63,872 bases of DNA, filler included, from Octopus bimaculoides (GCF_001194135.2; 4 parts of 4 records of this genome joined end to end with filler, not necessarily neighbours in it), one strand, 5' to 3'; shown: positions 37,418 to 51,364, numbered from the whole stretch's first letter. Program-made: numbers and translations. The notes: generated from the sequence alone by a model not told the origin.

Positions 37418-40400
37418 GTAAGTTTTTTTTCCTGTTTACTTTAACATTTTAAATGCTATTTTACTATTATTTAATTCCATCTATTAATCAAATTATTGTT
37501 TTTATTAAAGACGTCTACGACACCAAGTACTCATTCTTTCAGCTGACTATGGTTGTTTAACTCCATATCAGCCCTGATGGAGCAGAGCTATGTTTAAAAA
37601 TGTCCCAGCCGAGATAATCTTATTTATTTATGTATCAAGAATTATTTGACGATCCTTGTGTATAACATACCACTTTCACTTTGCAACACTGTAACTAGTA
37701 TCAGCTTTTTTAGTGGCCGCAGAAGAATGTTTTATTCTTACGTTCGCTATGCTGCTGCCAGCTTGTCAAAGATGTTTTGTTTTTAAAACATACGAATTAC
37801 AAGTTTCACTATGTGGGATAATGTAAAATAACGAATAATACTTAGTAAAAAAAGAAAATGAAAAGAAACTCTATTTTACTCGTGACAGTTATTTCGAAAG
37901 TCCACCAGAATTGTTGTTATCGTTAAGTTAATTTTTTGTTGTTGAATTTTTTTCTGTAATAATAGTACAAAAATTTGCTGGCATGCAAACAAACTGCTAC
38001 TAACTACTGTTTGACAAAGTGAAAGTTGTCTTTTTATACTCAACGGTAGCCTGTTGTCTAATGGTACCGTGTGGTTTGAAGGAGATTTGGGTGTTATTTC
38101 TACTGTGTCGAGCAGCTCAGCTTTGATGGACTAAACTTATATTCAAAGACATTGTAGCTGCGATTACCCTGACAGGCTATTTTGTATGTTTTAAAAACAA
38201 AAATAAATAGACTAATGGTGGGTTGCGAACATGTATTAGCATCCATTGTAACCATATTTCATTCCTTTTCATTTTTTTTTTCAAGACAGCAGGATGTGAT
38301 TTGAAGGAGATTTAGGTAGGGTTCCATCCCATAGCTAGAGCAAAATACCTTAACGTTTCAAAATTTAGAGTTACTGGTTTTTGTTTTCGTTTTACAACTT
38401 CAGTAAACATTCAGTTTAAATCCCTCACTCTACATACGCGCAATTTTTTTAATTTGTCTATTAAGATGTGAATAAGAGAAATAAGCTAGCGTTTAGCGTG
38501 TACTTTATACTCATTACTCAGTTTTACTCCCTAGTTAGCATAATCCTAACGAGGAAGTCCATATGTGATTGTTCGACTTACTGGAAACAGTAAACAACCA
38601 AATCTCTTTCAAATAAGTTTTTACTATCATAAAAAAGTGAACAGGGTCTGAAATCAAAAATTGGTTAGCCATAGCTGAAATATCTTTGTTCAATTAGGGT
38701 TGTCTTGGAACAATACAATAACAACTTCTTAATTACCAGACCTCTCTGGGAGAAGTCATACGTAACTGTAGTCCAGAGGTTTTAGGGAAGGACTTGTTGG
38801 GAATGTGGTCTGTATCTGAATAAATTTGTGATGACTGCAAAGAGAATGTCTTCAATCATTGGTTTGCTCAATTTGGGCTGACGTAGGATAGAAGTTCATT
38901 TTGCAAACACACAGATCCAAGTTTGATCCTACACTGCAGTGCACTGGGCAATTGCCTTCTGCCATGAATTCAGTTTGACCAATACTTTGTACATGAAATT
39001 TAGAAGGTTGAAACTGTGTAGAAACTTATCGTATGGATATGTTTTTTTGTATGCCAGTGAAAGATGTAAACATTGACAAGTATGCATGCAGTTCAGTACC
39101 ACGTCAACACTGATTATGCAACTGTGCTTAGTCTGTCTTTTCTTTAGAGATAGTATGTCCTTCCAATTTTATGACAGTACAACGTTGTTTGAGAGATTTG
39201 TTAGCTGTTTACTATGTCACCTTATGTTTATGGTTTCATATTTCAAATGATGATCAATGTGTTTCATTGTAAAACACACATAACTGGTGTTTTATAAAGA
39301 AAGTCCCTTGATATATTTATTCTGCATTGAGTTGCAGGCATTCCCTCATCACTCTCACCATCATAAATGCAATGAACTTCTGTTTCATCCATCGGAAACC
39401 TGTGACAAATGCTTATTCTGTTACACAATAAATATGAAATAAAAGACTACATGTTCCCAGTCAATATCAAAACTTCATGTTTCAAATAACAATATGTAAA
39501 TGAAATAAAATGGCCATCTAAATTGTACAAAAATTACAATGTATCACGATATTTTGTTAGATAATTTTGATGAAGATTAATATGGGCCCATACCATTGTT
39601 TGAGGGTTATGGAAAATTATAATGAAGTACATTGATCATCATTCGAATTATGAAACCATAAACATAAGGTGACATAGTATATAGTTAACGAATCTCTAAA
39701 ACAACATTGTACTGTCATAAAATTGAAAGGACATACTATCTCTAAAGAAAAAACAAACTTGGCACAACTGGTACTCCTTTAGTCATAATTACACAACCAG
39801 TGCTAATTTGGTGCTGAACTGCATGCATACTTGCTAACCCAGTGAGAGAGAAAGAGAACCTCTGTATTAGGTGTCAGACCTGGTGGCACTCAGACTACAT
39901 GTTGCCTTTATGATTTTTTTTTCTTTCGTGTTTTGTATGGTGATGGGCAGTTGCAATACCAGTTTCCTGTATATCAGAGTTTATAAATCTTGTCTAAGCA
40001 TGTAGCTGGCTGTGAGTACAACCTTTTGTGTAAAAAATAGAAAATACATTGGATAAGGGCTGGTCATGTACACTGTCTGAAAAAAATAGGATTCAGTGGT
40101 CACTGTTGAAATACCATTAATTATAAATTTTCTGAATCAGAGATGATTTGGGGCTTAACAACACTCGATTAGAAATTATCAAGTAGTTGACTCAAATTAT
40201 CCTGCATGGGATAAAGAAATATTGATTATTTTAGTTTCATAGTTATAAACAGCTTAATTCCCCTTTGTTGAGAATGCTCAATATATTTGCCACTTTGATC
40301 CAGTTTAAGTTGTATAGTTCTAACCTTAGTTATTCAAGTGAATATAACTTTTAAAATGTAGCTTATGGTAAGAAAATGGTTTGACTTTTAAGTAGTTAAA

Positions 40401-40671
40401 ATTTCAATTTCTATTATTTTGGGGAAAAGAGATTACAGTATTATGAGTTGTGCTATTCTGTCATACACATAGAATACTTAACCACTGAAATACTGAAAAC
40501 CTTTGAGAAATATTTGTTTATTGTGAAAGAAATGAATTTTCCTAATGGGTAACTCACAATAATTCAATCAAATAAAACAATAAATAATTTAATTTTTAAA
40601 AGCTTTCATTGTTGAGCCCCCTTTATTCCTCTTGTTTTAATTGATAATCATTGTTCACTCGTATTTTTCAG

Positions 40672-41640
40672 CATGATGTTTACACTCCTGCAGAAAATAT
40701 TCCCCTGAAAATCATCTCCGAAGGAAGAAAATGCATTATAAACCATTTAGGAAAAACATTAGGACGTTATAGCAAGCAAATTATTTGTGATATATTGGCT
40801 GTTGATTGTGGAATCAAACCCAGCTTTTTGTTTGACTATGGCTGTGTAAAAGCAAAGCAGGTGATATCTCTGATTCAAGATCTCCAAACACAACAGCTCC
40901 TTTCAACATCATCTCGACCATGTTCTTACATTGTCCTGGCCCTTGAAGGGGATGTGCTGTTATGTAACACAGCCATATTACAGTCCCACTTGTTACAAAC
41001 TTCACAAGGAACAAGAACAGCTATTATAGATATTTCAAAAAGTAATTCACAGGCAAAATTGCTTGAAAACATCAACCAGGTTGACGAACATTTTGCCATC
41101 ACTTTTCAACAAATTATTGCTTCCTGCAGTGACAGTAAAGAAACTTGTGAAGTACAATTTCCTGCTTCCCTCAACCTTACAACACTGGTTGGGGTACTTT
41201 TGGGTTATCCCATTGTCTATTGGTTCAGTAGATCAAATGAAGATGATAGTAATTCTTTAGTTATTGATTCACTTACTGTCTTCAAATTAAATTGCCATCT
41301 CCTATGTCGGCAGTGCCATAATTCACAAGAGAAAAGCTCTGAAATACCTATAATCAAAAACGAACAAAAACCTTTAGCTCATAATAACTTACCTTTAATG
41401 TGTCTTCAGTCTTCTGGTGAGAAACTAAAAACCTCATCGTGCAAATGTAAGGAAACGATAACTCATTGCATTTACTCTTATTCTGTGCCGGAAGCACTTA
41501 CTTCAATGGCACTTTCATATGTAGAATCTTGGATTCAGGACATAAATCACTTTGACAGTTGGCAGAAATGTTACCATTGTTTACAGTTACACCAAAATAT
41601 TGTTTATGCTCCTGAAGAATCATATTCAATTAATTTTTAA
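40672..41640 (+). CDS. C1orf74: UPF0739 protein C1orf74 homolog (DUF4504), main coding exon
   Basis: Acceptor TATTTTTCAG|CAT; open 322 codons to TAA. ICDILAVDCGIKPSFLFDY, NLTTLVGVLLGYPIVYWF and IYSYSVPEAL correspond to human C1orf74 EVLAVARGLKPAVLYD, NLCTVFGILLGYPVPYTF and LYSFSVPESL as recalled. Confidence 0.85.
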   Translation, partial: HDVYTPAENIPLKIISEGRKCIINHLGKTLGRYSKQIICDILAVDCGIKPSFLFDYGCVKAKQVISLIQDLQTQQLLSTSSRPCSYIVLALEGDVLLCNTAILQSHLLQTSQGTRTAIIDISKSNSQAKLLENINQVDEHFAITFQQIIASCSDSKETCEVQFPASLNLTTLVGVLLGYPIVYWFSRSNEDDSNSLVIDSLTVFKLNCHLLCRQCHNSQEKSSEIPIIKNEQKPLAHNNLPLMCLQSSGEKLKTSSCKCKETITHCIYSYSVPEALTSMALSYVESWIQDINHFDSWQKCYHCLQLHQNIVYAPEESYSINF

Positions 41641-41670
41641 AAATGAAGATTGTTTAGAAAAAATTACATA

Positions 41671-41676
41671 AATAAA
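41671..41676 (+). promoter_or_regulatory. Candidate polyadenylation signal for the C1orf74-like gene
   Basis: AATAAA 30 bp after the stop, followed by a T-rich tract. AATAAA is common in AT-rich DNA. Confidence 0.35.
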
Positions 41677-43633
41677 ATAACTACCTTGACTTTGTTTTGT
41701 TTTTCATTATATTATTTACTGTGATCTAAAAACAGTACTTTTTTTCTTCTGATACCATTTTTGTTTATATTTTACCTTGTTGATATATTGAAGAATTCCC
41801 CTAGTTGTATGCCACTTGGCTATGTAGCTTGAAATGATGCAATTTTAAAGAATTTGTTTTCTATTTAAACTGCAGCTTCTAATTTTGTGTTATGTAATTG
41901 AAAAATATTTTTTCCTGGATAGAACATTAGTTCATTGCAGTGATTTTTTTACCATGGTGAGCTTTAGTTTGTTTTTGTATCTACTTACAACTAAGTATGA
42001 TAGAATATTGAAAGGAATAGTATGAGATGTGGTACTGTATGAGAGATAAAATACATATGATCAATACTTTCTACATAACATAGATCTCATTCAATGGTGA
42101 CCAAGATTACACGACAGCCTTTTTACTTTTATTAAGAAAACATCGAAAATGTCATTTCTGAAAATGAATCCGAATTTGTAACAGGGGAGACTACTCCTGT
42201 AGTTTGTGATTCAAAGCCAAAAGTGACCTTTCAGAAATGTAAGATCTCAGTTTAAAGAAATATGGATTTTGTGAGGTAAATGTATTCATGTGAAAGTAGA
42301 AACTAGAAAAAATTGACTGCTTAGTATTCAGACAGACTCAGCTAATTTGTAAGATAAATTTGCTTTGATCAACAAGATTCAACTATGACTTACCTTGTCA
42401 TCATGTAGTCAAAATAAGATAAACCTTTCTTGAACCTTATTCCATTTCATGAAAGTGAAACTTTTTAAGAGTAACAACATTGCTAATTATTCTAACCATA
42501 TGTATTACAGAAAATCTCAACATGTGAACTGAAGTTTGCTTAAACAGTTGAATATTTTCTGAACTTTGTGACAAAGTTTATATTTTTTTTACATCAATTT
42601 TACTATGGTTTCATATGAAGTTATTTACATAATGTAATAGTGTGGAAAATCCAAGGATTTCATCTTTGATCTTTGTGTTTTGAGACACTGAGCTTTGATA
42701 CAATCTAGTTTTAGACCATAGTATGTAAGTGGTAGGGAATACATTTGACAAAGTCTGTCACAGGAAGCCTTCCAAGAAATTAAACTTTGCAAATTCATTT
42801 TGAGATGTCATGAAGCATGTGGAACAAAATTATTTTGTGAAAAGTAATCGTTTTAATATTTAAAGAAAAATTTTATTTAAATAAAATAAATATAATTCTG
42901 TGAGTTACATAATAGAAAAAATACACTTCACCTCGTTCTTATTGTCAGAAATAAAAAGCAAAAAAAAATAATAATTAACAATGGGTTATTAACTTTAATA
43001 GTCAGTGCACCAAATGACTGAAGATTGCTGTTGACTATTTCTGACATAAAATCATGACAAACTGATGCCAATCAATGAGTGCGGTTTGGTGTAGTAATCT
43101 GGTTTCACCAGTCCTCAGTCAAATCGTCCAACCCATGCTAGCATGGAAAGCGGACATTAAACGACGATGATGATAAATCCAAACACCATGATAACATGCA
43201 ATTGCTCAATCAGCCAGCAACATATCTAAAATAATATGTCAATTAATTTCAGTCAGGGTTGAACAAAAATTATCGATTTCAAATCATTTGAATGTATTGT
43301 AAATAGCCATACATCAATCTAAAACCCTTGACTAATTGCATACCCATGGTGGTAAATTTATTGACACTGGTTAAAATAGTCACTTGAAGCAGTCAAAGCT
43401 ATATGCAAGTTGTAGCAGGAAGGCCTCAACTTTTCCCAAACCTTGTCTTGTACATTTTCAGGAATCTTTATCATTTACTAGTTTCAGTTCAAGAGTTGCA
43501 CCCATGCCGAAGCACCATTGAATATTAATCATGATAATTATAAAACATTTAAACTGCTTTTTTTTCACAAAAAGTACCATGTGCTTTACTGTACTCCATT
43601 TTTCTACTTACTAGTGAACTTGTTTAATAATCT

Positions 43634-43849
43634 ATTCTTTTACTTGTTTCAGTCATCTGATTGTGGCCATGCTTGAATATTAAGGGGTTTTAGTCAAACA
43701 AATCAACCCCAGGACTTACTCTTTGTAAGCCTAGTATTTATTCTATTGGTCTCTTCTGCCAAACTGCTAAGTTATGGGAATATAAACACCAACATCACAT
43801 CTGTTGTCAAGCAATGATGGGTGGGGGACAACACACAAATATCTATCTA

Positions 43850-43887
<38 letters not shown>

Positions 43888-44022
43888 CACATATACATAC
43901 AACAGGCTTCTTTCAATTTCTATCTACGAAATCCACTCAAAAGGCTTTGGTCAGCCCAAGGTGTCACATAGTGGGACTAAACCAAGAAGCAAGCTTCTTA
44001 CCACACAGCCATGCCTGTGCCT
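43634..44022 (-). mobile_element. SINE family A, near full length, strongly CpG-decayed
   Basis: Both halves present; nearly every CpG retained in other copies reads TG or CA here. Confidence 0.85.
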
Positions 44023-44865
44023 ACGTTAGTTTTCTTCGTGAATTTTCCAACAAAAATATGTCGTCTATAATCGCTTTGTATCAATAATTAATATCTTTGA
44101 ACTTAAGGGTGTACCTTACCTTCAAAGATTGTATCTATAATGTGTTAGTTAAAGCGACAAATAAATATGTTACATGTAATTAAAAGACTAAATTTGTTAT
44201 CACCTTTAGGATTAAGAAAACTCAATTTCATCTAAGCAATAGAACATCTTACTTCTACCATCTCAGTTTCATAAAATTCAAACAATCCTATACACCATTA
44301 CTAAAAATTTATAGTCTGTTGCCATGATATATATGTTGTTGCATAGACTTTGTCATAAGATATTCAACCATCTAATGTAAGAACTTAGCATCATTCAATT
44401 ATTCATTCTATCTTCCAACTTCTTAATAAAATAACTAAAGCTAGAGAATCCTTACCTAAACTTCTGATTATGTCAGCAATATTTCTAGTCCCCTACCCCA
44501 AAATTACATTATGGTACACAATATTGAACAAATAAGTTTAACAGTCACTTTGTGGAATATCTAGAAGTGACTGTCTTCAGTCTTCCAGAACTAATATCAC
44601 TAGAATATACCCCCCCGTGCTTAATATATATAAACAATAAGCACATAACAATGAATTAGAACTCAGTGGAAATTACTTTATAACACTTTTTAAAAAACTG
44701 GTCAATGGATTAATCAATGTATTAAAATTATTAATTCAGACAAACTAGCCTTTAACTGGAAAAAACAAAACAATAATTTTCTTAGACTCAAAAATATTAC
44801 ATTAGAATGAGAGAGGGTAATACTACTTCTCATCCTACATGTACAAGTCTTAATAATGATGATAA

Positions 44866-45080
44866 TCCTTTCTACAGAAGGCACAAGGCTTGAAATTTGT
44901 GGGGAGGGGACTCATCAATTACATCAACCTTAGTGTTTAACTAGAACTTATTTCATCGACCCCAAAAGGATGAGAGGTAATGTCGACCTTGGCGGAATTT
45001 GAACTCGGAACTCGGTGACGGGCGAAATACCACTAAGCATTTTGTCCAGCATGCTAACGACTCTGCCAGCTCGCTGCCTT
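44866..45080 (-). mobile_element. SINE family B, full length
   Basis: CCTTTCTACAGAAGGCACAAGGC…ATCGACCCCAAAGGATG…GTCGACCTTGGCGGAATTTGAACTC…CTGCCAGCTCGCTGCC. Confidence 0.85.
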
Positions 45081-45755
45081 AAATAATAATAATAAGCTTA
45101 TTGCATATAGTGCTCAAGTGCACTGCAACTTGGCAGGAAAGATTAAAAGAGAACAGGAAGCAGCAGTAAGTCAAGTAAAGAAAGACCAATGAAAGCTAGA
45201 GGTGCATGCATAGCACATAGAAGGAAAAACATAAGACGAAAAAATGAACAAAGAGGAAAATGTGCATAAATATATGAGAAGCATTGAAATTTGGAAGAAT
45301 CAATGTCATAAAGTATGCATCAGTTAACACTGATGCTAATAATTTATTTCATGCTTTAACAATTCTGAGTGAGTAAAAAATGTTCCCAGAAGCCATGAGT
45401 GCTGCGCTGGCTTTTTGATTCTATAAGCATGTCCACAAGTGGTAGTAGTACTGAATCCAAAAAGGTGGCCTAAGTTGTTGGAAAGACAGTGGATAATTCT
45501 GTAAGCTGCTACCAAATTAACTGCTAGATGTGAAAACTTTAATGTTCAGAGAACCAATATATTCAACATATTTAAGAGACTGACAGAAGGTATTCATTTG
45601 CTTACACATTTCTTGACAGCGTTCACCAGACTGATATTCTGCACACAATGGGGGCTTCAGATTGGAGATGCAAACTGTAAGTGTAGACTTGCCATAGCAA
45701 TCATCATCATTTAATGTCCATTTTCTATGATGATTGCTATGGCAAGTCTACACTT

Positions 45756-46148
45756 CTCTTTTACTTGCTTCAATTATTAGACTGCAGACCTGCTGGAGCA
45801 CCACCTTGAAGAATTTTTGGTGGAACTTATTGACCCCAGTACTTATTCTATAATTCCCCTTCTACCGAACAGGTAAGTTACATGGACATAAACACACCAA
45901 CACAGGTTGTCAAGCAGTGACAGAGGTGGGTGAACAAACATCGACACAAAGACGCGCGCGCGCACACACACATATACATATATACGATGGACTTCTTTCA
46001 GTTTCTATCTGTCAAATCCACTCATAAAGGTCTGGTTAGCCAGAGGCTATAGTAGAAGACATTTGCCCAAGGTGCCACACAGCGGGTCTGAACTCAAAAC
46101 AATGTCGTTGGGAAGCAAACTTCTTACTACACAGCCATGCCTACGCCT
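45756..46148 (-). mobile_element. SINE family A, full length, CpG-decayed
   Basis: Complete 3'-to-head match with an internal (CG)(CA)(TA) microsatellite. Confidence 0.85.
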
Positions 46149-46778
46149 GTTATTCAGAATATAACAGATTCTTTTGTGTGTTCTTCAATGGTTAAAATGA
46201 TTCTTCTGCGGTGTAATTATATTTATATACCATTTGTTTAAATAAATGTGGTTTGAATAAAATACGAAACTAACAACTCTGAAATGTGAACTAATTGTTA
46301 TTGTCCAAAATGTAGTTGCTAGGCAACACACGTGCGTATTCATTTCATTCTTTTTAGGTAATTTCTTGGAATACTTTGATTTTTTTTTTATTCGATATGT
46401 ATTCATTCAACTGAAAATATAAAACTACAAAAGCAGCTTTATTCACTGTAAGAAGAAACGGTAATCTTTTTAAAAAAAGCGAATCACTTTGTGTTCCTGT
46501 AAAGGTTAGACGCATTTTTTTTATCGCCTGAAATAGAAGCTTCGGTTGACCTAGTGTGCGATTCGGTTTCGACTCTTGTTATTCACTTAATTTACGCCAC
46601 GTTTACCGTAATAAAATCAGGAATGGGACACTTGTCTACTTCATCTTACCTTGCATATATTTGCCAGCAATTATTATTTGTGCGGTGGTAGTAGAATTAT
46701 TGTTTACAGTCCTGATCAGCTGCTAATCCAACATCTTTCTATCTGTTCAGGAATAGTGTACTTGAAAATGCATTATCA

Positions 46779-46820
<42 letters not shown>

Positions 46821-46920
46821 NNNNNNNNNNNNNNNNNNNNNNNNNNNNNNNNNNNNNNNNNNNNTTAATTAATTAANNNNNNNNNNNNNNNNNNNNNNNN
46901 NNNNNNNNNNNNNNNNNNNN
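46821..46920. other. Artificial scaffold-join spacer
   Basis: 44N-TTAATTAATTAA-44N. Confidence 0.95.
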
Positions 46921-47669
46921 TACATAATGGCTTCAAATTCCATGGAGATCAGCTTTGGTTTTCAACCCTTTTTGGGGTTGATGTCATTGTCTAGATTCCT
47001 GCCCAACAAATTTCAGGCCTTGTGCTTACAAGGTGGTATCAAAAAGATTCCAAGCTGGTTCTGTAGTGCACCAACAGATGGCAGCACATGGCTGCATGTG
47101 CAGCGAGAGCCTATATATATGTATATATCTGTGTGTGTATATTTATATATAAATGTATGCCTACATGTGTATATACATGCATATATGTGTATGTGTATAT
47201 TTCTAGTTGGTAGTGACTTCGAAGTTTCACTCATGGTTGTTTATCAAAATATCAAAACCATATGTATGTATGTATGTATAAATGTGTGTGTGTATGTGTG
47301 TGTATGTGTGTGTGTGCATGCCTGCCTGCGTGCGTGTGTATGCATGCATGTGTGTGTTTGTGTGTGTGTGTGTGTGTGTGTACATATAACAATAAAAGAA
47401 AGCTTTCTTGATTCTGTGTTGCTGTTGTTGTTCTTCTTCTTCCAGATTCCCTCAAGCAAAACAACAGCAACATCAGGCCCAAAGTTAGTTATTTTCTTTG
47501 TGAAGTGGACACCTTTCTCTCCCCCCCCCCATCCCTGCTGTTCCCTCTCCCTCTCCCTCCCCTCTTTCTCTCTCTTTTTTTCCCCCTTGTATCTTCTTCC
47601 CCTCTCTTCATTTCTCTCTGTGTCTCCACTTTTCCCACTTATTCTCTCTTTCACTTGAAATACCTCTCA

Positions 47670-47762
<93 letters not shown>

Positions 47763-47973
47763 ATCCCTCTCTATCCATCCATCCGTTTGTCTCTATGTCT
47801 TTCTCTTTCTCTATTTCTCTATCTCTCTGTCACTCTCTTTCTTTTGCTCTTACTCTTTCTTTCATTTCTCCATCTCTCTCCATCTCCTGCCTCTCTCTCT
47901 CGGTCTTTATCTATTTATTTGACTGTCTCTCTGTCTATGTATCTACCTACCTACCTACCTGTCTGCCTGTTTG

Positions 47974-48025
<52 letters not shown>

Positions 48026-48100
48026 CCTACCTACCTACCTACCTACCTACCTGTCTGCCTGTTTGTCTATCTGTATATCTATCCAACCATTTATCTATCA

Positions 48101-48154
<54 letters not shown>

Positions 48155-48178
48155 ATATATATATATATATATATCTAC

Positions 48179-48239
<61 letters not shown>

Positions 48240-48250
48240 CATCTATCTAT
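47670..48250. repeat. Compound (CT)n/(CTAT)n/(CCTA)n microsatellite block
   Basis: Low-complexity pyrimidine-rich tract. Confidence 0.95.
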
Positions 48251-48872
48251 CAGTGTCCCTCTTTCTCTTTACCTCTTGCTCCCTCCCTCCCTCCTCTTTC
48301 CCGCCCCTTTCACTCTTGAACTGTGACAGAAAAGATCACCTTATACAGCAGCTGTTATATTTTACTGGGGTCTGTTTTGGTAGCAGCAGTGATGCTGGTG
48401 GTGATGCTACTGCTGCTGCTGTTGCTGGTGCCAGTGGTGTTGAATATTGTGGAGTGATGTTGTATATACAACGAGCATGATGAGGCTGTGATATTGATAC
48501 AGGTATAAGGTGTGGTTTGATCTAGTGTAGTACAGAATGTGTGTTGTAGTGTACGTGTTGTAGTTTGGTGTATGTACAACACATGCCCATGCTCACACAC
48601 AAACACACACACACACACACGTGCATATACATATCAACATCGTCGTTTAATGTCCGCTTTCTATGCTGGCATGGGTTGGACTATTTTGATATTTCTATAA
48701 GTGACCATGAGTAAAACTTCGAAGTCACTGTCAGCTAGAATTATGCTCATACACATACATGCGTGTATATATACACATACACACATAAATTTATACATAT
48801 AAAGATACATACATATGTATATGCGTATATGTATATATATTATACACACACGCACATACATGTCTATAATGG

Positions 48873-48910
<38 letters not shown>

Positions 48911-48919
48911 TATATTTAC

Positions 48920-49118
48920 TCTTTTACTTGTTTCAGTCATTTGACTGTGGCCATGCTGGAGCACCGCCTTTAGTCGAGCAAATCGACCCCGGGACTTATT
49001 CTTTGTAAGCCTAGTACTTATTCTATCGGTCTCTTTTCCCGAACCGCTAAGTTACGGGGATGTAAACACACCAGCATCGGTTGTCAAGCAATGTTGGGGA
49101 GACAAACACAGACACACA
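48920..49118 (-). mobile_element. SINE family A, 3' half
   Basis: CTTTTACTTGTTTCAGTCATTTGACTGTGGCCATGCTGGAGCACCGCC…GACAAACACAGACAC. Confidence 0.9.
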
Positions 49119-50069
49119 AGAGTTTCAGATGTCAGGGCGGAAACCCACGCCAACATCTCTTCAGTTATCGGGCCATCATAGCATTTTTTTCAATGGCCCA
49201 ATAANNNNNNNNNNNNNNNNNNNNNNNNNNNNNNNNNNNNNNNNNNNNNNNNNNNNNNNNNNNNNNNNNNNNNNNNNNNNNNNNNNNNNNNNNNNNNNNN
49301 NNNNNNNNNNNNNNNNNNNNNNNNNNNNNNNNNNNNNNNNNNNNNNNNNNNNNNNNNNNNNNNNNNNNNNNNNNNNNNNNNNNNNNNNNNNNNNNNNNNN
49401 NNNNNNNNNNNNNNNNNNNNNNNNNNNNNNNNNNNNNNNNNNNNNNNNNNNNNNNNNNNNNNNNNNNNNNNNNNNNNNNNNNNNNNNNNNNNNNNNNNNN
49501 NNNNNNNNNNNNNNNNNNNNNNNNNNNNNNNNNNNNNNNNNNNNNNNNNNNNNNNNNCATGCATACATGCACACATATACATATCTGTAGATATATACAT
49601 ATGTGAAGATATATAGCATAAACTTAAGTGCGAATGCCAGGACCAAAAATGTGGTTTATCAATGTAAGGTAATGACTAACACAGACATCTCACATTATGT
49701 AGGTAGCTCCTCGACGTAGGTCTCCAGGAGAATTTCCAATCATTATTCTTCCTTCGTGGATAGGAATAAAGTTAATAGTACTAGTCTAAGTAAATTAATC
49801 TGGAAACTGAAGGATTGCTATAAACAATTCTCTTTAGAATGGTCAATACTGGCTACTTCAATACCCTACGACAAAGGTAAGGATTTTTGTCCTCTTTGTA
49901 ACTTGGAGCTTTTCCACATTCTGTTCTCCAAGAATTATCTAGTAAACCAGATATCACAGAGAGCATACAGATGCCAGCATTGGAGGAAACACACCTTCAG
50001 TTCTTATCGTTAATTTTATCCTTCTTACTAATTTTAGTTATTAATTATTTTATGATGATGTATGCATGT

Positions 50070-51294
50070 ATTTATGTTTATATCATTTAACATCTGTTTT
50101 CCGTTCTTTCATGGAATGGATGGTTTTACAGGAGCTGGCAAAGGAAGGGACTGTGCCAATCTCCCTCATATCAGCTTTGGCATGGTTTCTATGGTTGGAT
50201 GCCCTTCCTAGCACTAACCACTTCAGAGCTTACTGGGTGCTTTTTTACATGGCACCAACAGTGGCAAACTCAGCAGGCAACATGGAAGATAAAGACGCCC
50301 TCACCTGAGAGAAGCAAGCGGTATTGCTGTGATTGGCCTTGTGTCAGGTGATGGAAAGTTGAAATGAGGTAGAAGGACAGAAAGAAGGTTCTTTATGCAA
50401 AGCAGATACATGGCTGCCTCAGAGGAGAGAGAGAGAGAGAGAAAGTGAAACAAGATGGTGGTAAAGATGTGCCAGGGCATACCCTCAAAGTAGAGGTCGT
50501 TGAATGCATGTGGAGTGGGGCAGAGGATTGAACAGGGTTATGAGAAGGGAGTCCATCAAAGTGGAAAATGTGAATGGGAGACAGAGTGAATGGCAAGGAG
50601 AATGCTATGAATGGTGAACATGTACATCCATAACAGAAGTGTAAATGTCACTCCTTCCTACTGAAGTGAATTGGCCTGCAAGAGCCCAGTGCTGGTACCA
50701 TGTAATAATCACCCATTCTGGTGTCATGTAATAAGCATTTATGACAGTGCCATGCGAAATTGCTCGTGTGCTGCCACATTAAATGCACCCAGCACACTGT
50801 AAAGTAGTTGGTGTTAAGAAGGGCATCCAGCTATAGAAACCAGGCCAAATCAGACTGGAATCTAGCGTAGCTCTTCTGCTTGCCAGCCCTGGTGAAGCCA
50901 TCCAACCCATGCCAGCATGGAAGCTTGCTTCTTAACCACAGCGTTCCGGGTACAGTCCCACTGTATAGGACCATGGGCAAGTGTCTTCTACTAGAACCTC
51001 AGGCCAACCAAAACCTTGTGAGTGGATTTGGTAAATGGGAACTAAAAGAAGCCTGTCATATATATATATATATATATATATTCTTTTATTTGTTTCAGTC
51101 ATTTGACTGCGGCCATGCTGGAGCACTGCCTNNNNNNNNNNGAGCAAATCGACCCCAGGATTTATTTTCTGTAAGCCTAGTACTTATTCTATCGGTCTCT
51201 TTTGCCAAACCGCTGAGTTACGGGGACGTAAACACACCAGCATTAGTTGTCAAGCGATATTGGGGGGACAAACACAGACACACACACACATACA

Positions 51295-51342
<48 letters not shown>

Positions 51343-51364
51343 CATATATATATANNNNNNNNNN

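Noticed and set aside
40651-40671. TTG start of ORF 40651-41640 as the true N-terminus
   Set aside because: These 21 nt are the polypyrimidine tract and AG acceptor; a phase-compatible ATG exon exists at 37376-37417.
45610-45680. Small exon-like segment ACAG|CGTTCACC…AAACT|GTAAGT as a missing IA-2 exon
   Set aside because: The translation (VHQTDILHTMGASDWRCK) does not resemble the expected upstream IA-2 exon (…EWEALC…KNR…LP); such splice-like pairs arise by chance.
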